Part shown: piece after piece, positions 61,751 to 64,000 of the stretch | How positions within the stretch are numbered: position 1 is the stretch's first letter | Layout of the letters: each line of letters opens with the position of its first letter | From: Escherichia coli | Lineage (GTDB): Bacteria; Pseudomonadota; Gammaproteobacteria; Enterobacterales; Enterobacteriaceae | Direction: 5' to 3' (one strand) | Assembly: GCF_024700885.2 (NCBI RefSeq) | Contig: NZ_CP117016.1 | Length of the DNA stretch: 64,000 nt | Program-made: the position numbers and the translations under genes | Notes under the pieces: generated by a model | The model's database searches: none | Seen by the model: only the letters and a program-made list of their open reading frames with translations | What the model was told of the DNA's origin: nothing

Positions 61751-62598
61751 CATGCTTCGTCTGGTTGCCAGCCTTCCGTATACCAGATATGCAACAGCGC
61801 ATAAGAACGCCAGGGCTTCCAGCGCTCGGCATAACGGCGGATTTGCGCTGGTGTCATTCCCGGAAATCGCTGTTTAATCAGATAATCATCCGGCAGGAAA
61901 ACATCTTTCGCCTGCCAGCCACGCAAAGCAAAATAATTCGCCGTCCAGCGCCCGATACCCGGAAAAGTTTGCAGCGTTTTCATCGCCTGCTCCACATCGC
62001 CCGGTATTGTCATTGGTAAGGTGCCCTCCAGCGCCGCATTTGCCAGATGAATCAGCGCCTCTGCCCGTTTCAACGGCATACCTAACGCTTTTAATGCCTG
62101 CGGGTCTGCTGCTGCCAGCCGCTGAGGCGTGGGGAAGCAGATATACTCCGGAAAATCATCCAGCCGTTCGCCATAAAGCTGTACCACTTTGGCAGTCAAT
62201 TTTGCCGCCATCGCCACGCTCACCAGTTGGCCTAAAATCGCCCGCACGCCCTGCTCAAAAGCATCAACACAGCCGGGTAAACGCAATCCGGGCCGCGCCG
62301 CGCCTAACCTGCCCAACGCACCGTTAACAATTTGTGGGTTACATTGCAGATCAAACAGGCGGCTCATTTTCGCCAGACACTCTGCGGCAACAGGTTCTAA
62401 ACCTGCACTTAAATTTATGTGCAGAGTATGGCGGGCTATATCCGGAATAGCAGTCACCACGCCGCGATATTCGCCCACCGCCAGACTACGGGCATAATAA
62501 CTGTCCGCGACCGTTTCCACACTGCTCACCGTACGGGCGGCGAGAAATCCCAACATCCACGACCAGTCATACGGCGGCTGCCAGTTCAGGGTATACAT
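61750..62598 (-). CDS. alkA: DNA-3-methyladenine glycosylase II
   Basis: 282-aa ORF MYTLNWQPPYDWSWMLGFLAARTVSSVETVADSYYARSL... Confidence 0.9.
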   Translation of the reverse strand: MYTLNWQPPYDWSWMLGFLAARTVSSVETVADSYYARSLAVGEYRGVVTAIPDIARHTLHINLSAGLEPVAAECLAKMSRLFDLQCNPQIVNGALGRLGAARPGLRLPGCVDAFEQGVRAILGQLVSVAMAAKLTAKVVQLYGERLDDFPEYICFPTPQRLAAADPQALKALGMPLKRAEALIHLANAALEGTLPMTIPGDVEQAMKTLQTFPGIGRWTANYFALRGWQAKDVFLPDDYLIKQRFPGMTPAQIRRYAERWKPWRSYALLHIWYTEGWQPDEA

Positions 62599-62730
62599 CG
62601 CATCTCCTTATTCATCCGCTTTCAGCATAAACGTTATTCAGACGCTGCGCTTTGCTTTCATATTCCGGTTGTCGCGACGGCAACATTTCGCTAAAGTCAC
62701 GCCCCTTCTTCACCGGCATGGGGATTATTT

Positions 62731-64000
62731 CATGTTTATTGGTTTTGATTACGGTACAGCAAACTGTTCATTGGCGGTCATGCGTGACGGTAAACCGCAT
62801 TTGCTAAAAATGGAAAACGACAGCACGCTGCTGCCTTCAATGCTTTGCGCGCCAACGCGTGAAGCGGTAAGCGAATGGCTGTACCGCCATCATGATGTTC
62901 CGGCAGACGACGATGAAACGCAGGCGCTGTTACGTCGGGCGATTCGTTATAACCGCGAAGAAGATATCGATGTTACGGCGAAAAGCGTGCAGTTCGGTCT
63001 TTCCTCACTGGCACAGTACATTGATGATCCAGAAGAAGTGTGGTTTGTGAAATCACCAAAATCGTTCCTCGGTGCCAGCGGCTTAAAACCGCAGCAGGTA
63101 GCGCTGTTTGAGGATCTGGTCTGCGCAATGATGTTGCACATTCGCCAGCAGGCGCAGGCACAGCTGCCAGAAGCGATTACTCAGGCGGTGATTGGTCGTC
63201 CGATCAACTTCCAGGGGCTGGGCGGTGATGAAGCAAACACCCAGGCGCAAGGGATTCTGGAACGCGCGGCGAAGCGTGCCGGATTCAGGGACGTGGTATT
63301 CCAGTACGAGCCGGTCGCGGCTGGGCTGGATTACGAAGCCACCTTGCAGGAAGAAAAACGGGTGCTGGTGGTGGATATCGGCGGTGGTACGACTGACTGT
63401 TCATTGCTGCTGATGGGGCCGCAGTGGCGTTCGCGTCTCGATCGTGAAGCCAGCCTGCTGGGTCACAGTGGTTGCCGTATTGGCGGTAACGATCTGGATA
63501 TCGCGCTGGCGTTTAAAAACCTGATGCCGTTACTGGGCATGGGTGGCGAAACCGAAAAAGGCATCGCCCTGCCGATTCTGCCGTGGTGGAATGCGGTTGC
63601 CATCAACGACGTTCCTGCACAGAGTGATTTCTACAGTAGTGCCAACGGTCGTCTGCTTAACGATCTGGTACGCGATGCCCGCGAACCGGAAAAAGTGGCC
63701 CTGTTACAGAAAGTCTGGCGTCAGCGTTTAAGCTATCGCCTGGTGCGTAGCGCAGAAGAGAGCAAAATCGCCCTTTCAAGCACTGCGGAAACCCGCGCCT
63801 CACTGCCGTTTATCAGCGATGAACTGGCTACGCTGATTAGCCAGCAAGGGCTGGAAAGCGCCCTCAGCCAGCCACTGGCGCGGATTCTGGAACAGGTGCA
63901 ACTGGCGCTGGATAACGCCCAGGAAAAACCGGACGTTATCTACCTGACCGGCGGTAGCGCCCGTTCGCCGCTGATTAAAAAAGCGCTGGCAGAACAGTTG
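62731..64000 (+). CDS. yegD: Hsp70-family actin-like ATPase YegD, 3' end beyond the window
   Basis: ATG at 62731 opens MFIGFDYGTANCSLAVMRDGKPHLLKMENDSTLLPS... and the frame stays open to the window end. Confidence 0.8.

Overview
This window reads as an Escherichia coli chromosomal segment on a K-12-like backbone; gene names were assigned by recognising the translated ORFs, not by any database search. In order: yeeE (partial), plaP, yeeY, yeeZ, the yefM-yoeB toxin-antitoxin pair, the histidine operon (hisL leader/attenuator, hisGDCBHAFI), wzzB, ugd, gnd, a non-K-12 O-antigen cluster (wbuC, wbuB, fnlCBA, wzy, a GT2 glycosyltransferase, wzx), galF, the complete colanic acid cluster (wcaM to wza), yegH, asmA, dcd, udk, dgcE/yegE, alkA and yegD (partial). 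The most notable items are: (1) a small two-gene cassette between yegH and asmA encoding a Gp49/HigB-like RelE/ParE-family toxin and an XRE-type HTH antitoxin, which I believe is absent from K-12 at this position; (2) a nested ISAs1-family (H-repeat) insertion, one copy inserted into another with an 11-bp target-site duplication, sitting between the O-antigen JUMPstart/ops element and wzx; (3) an L-FucNAc-type O-antigen cluster with no rml genes, serogroup not assigned; (4) a frameshift in dgcE at a run of 10 G. No rRNA, tRNA or CRISPR array was seen.
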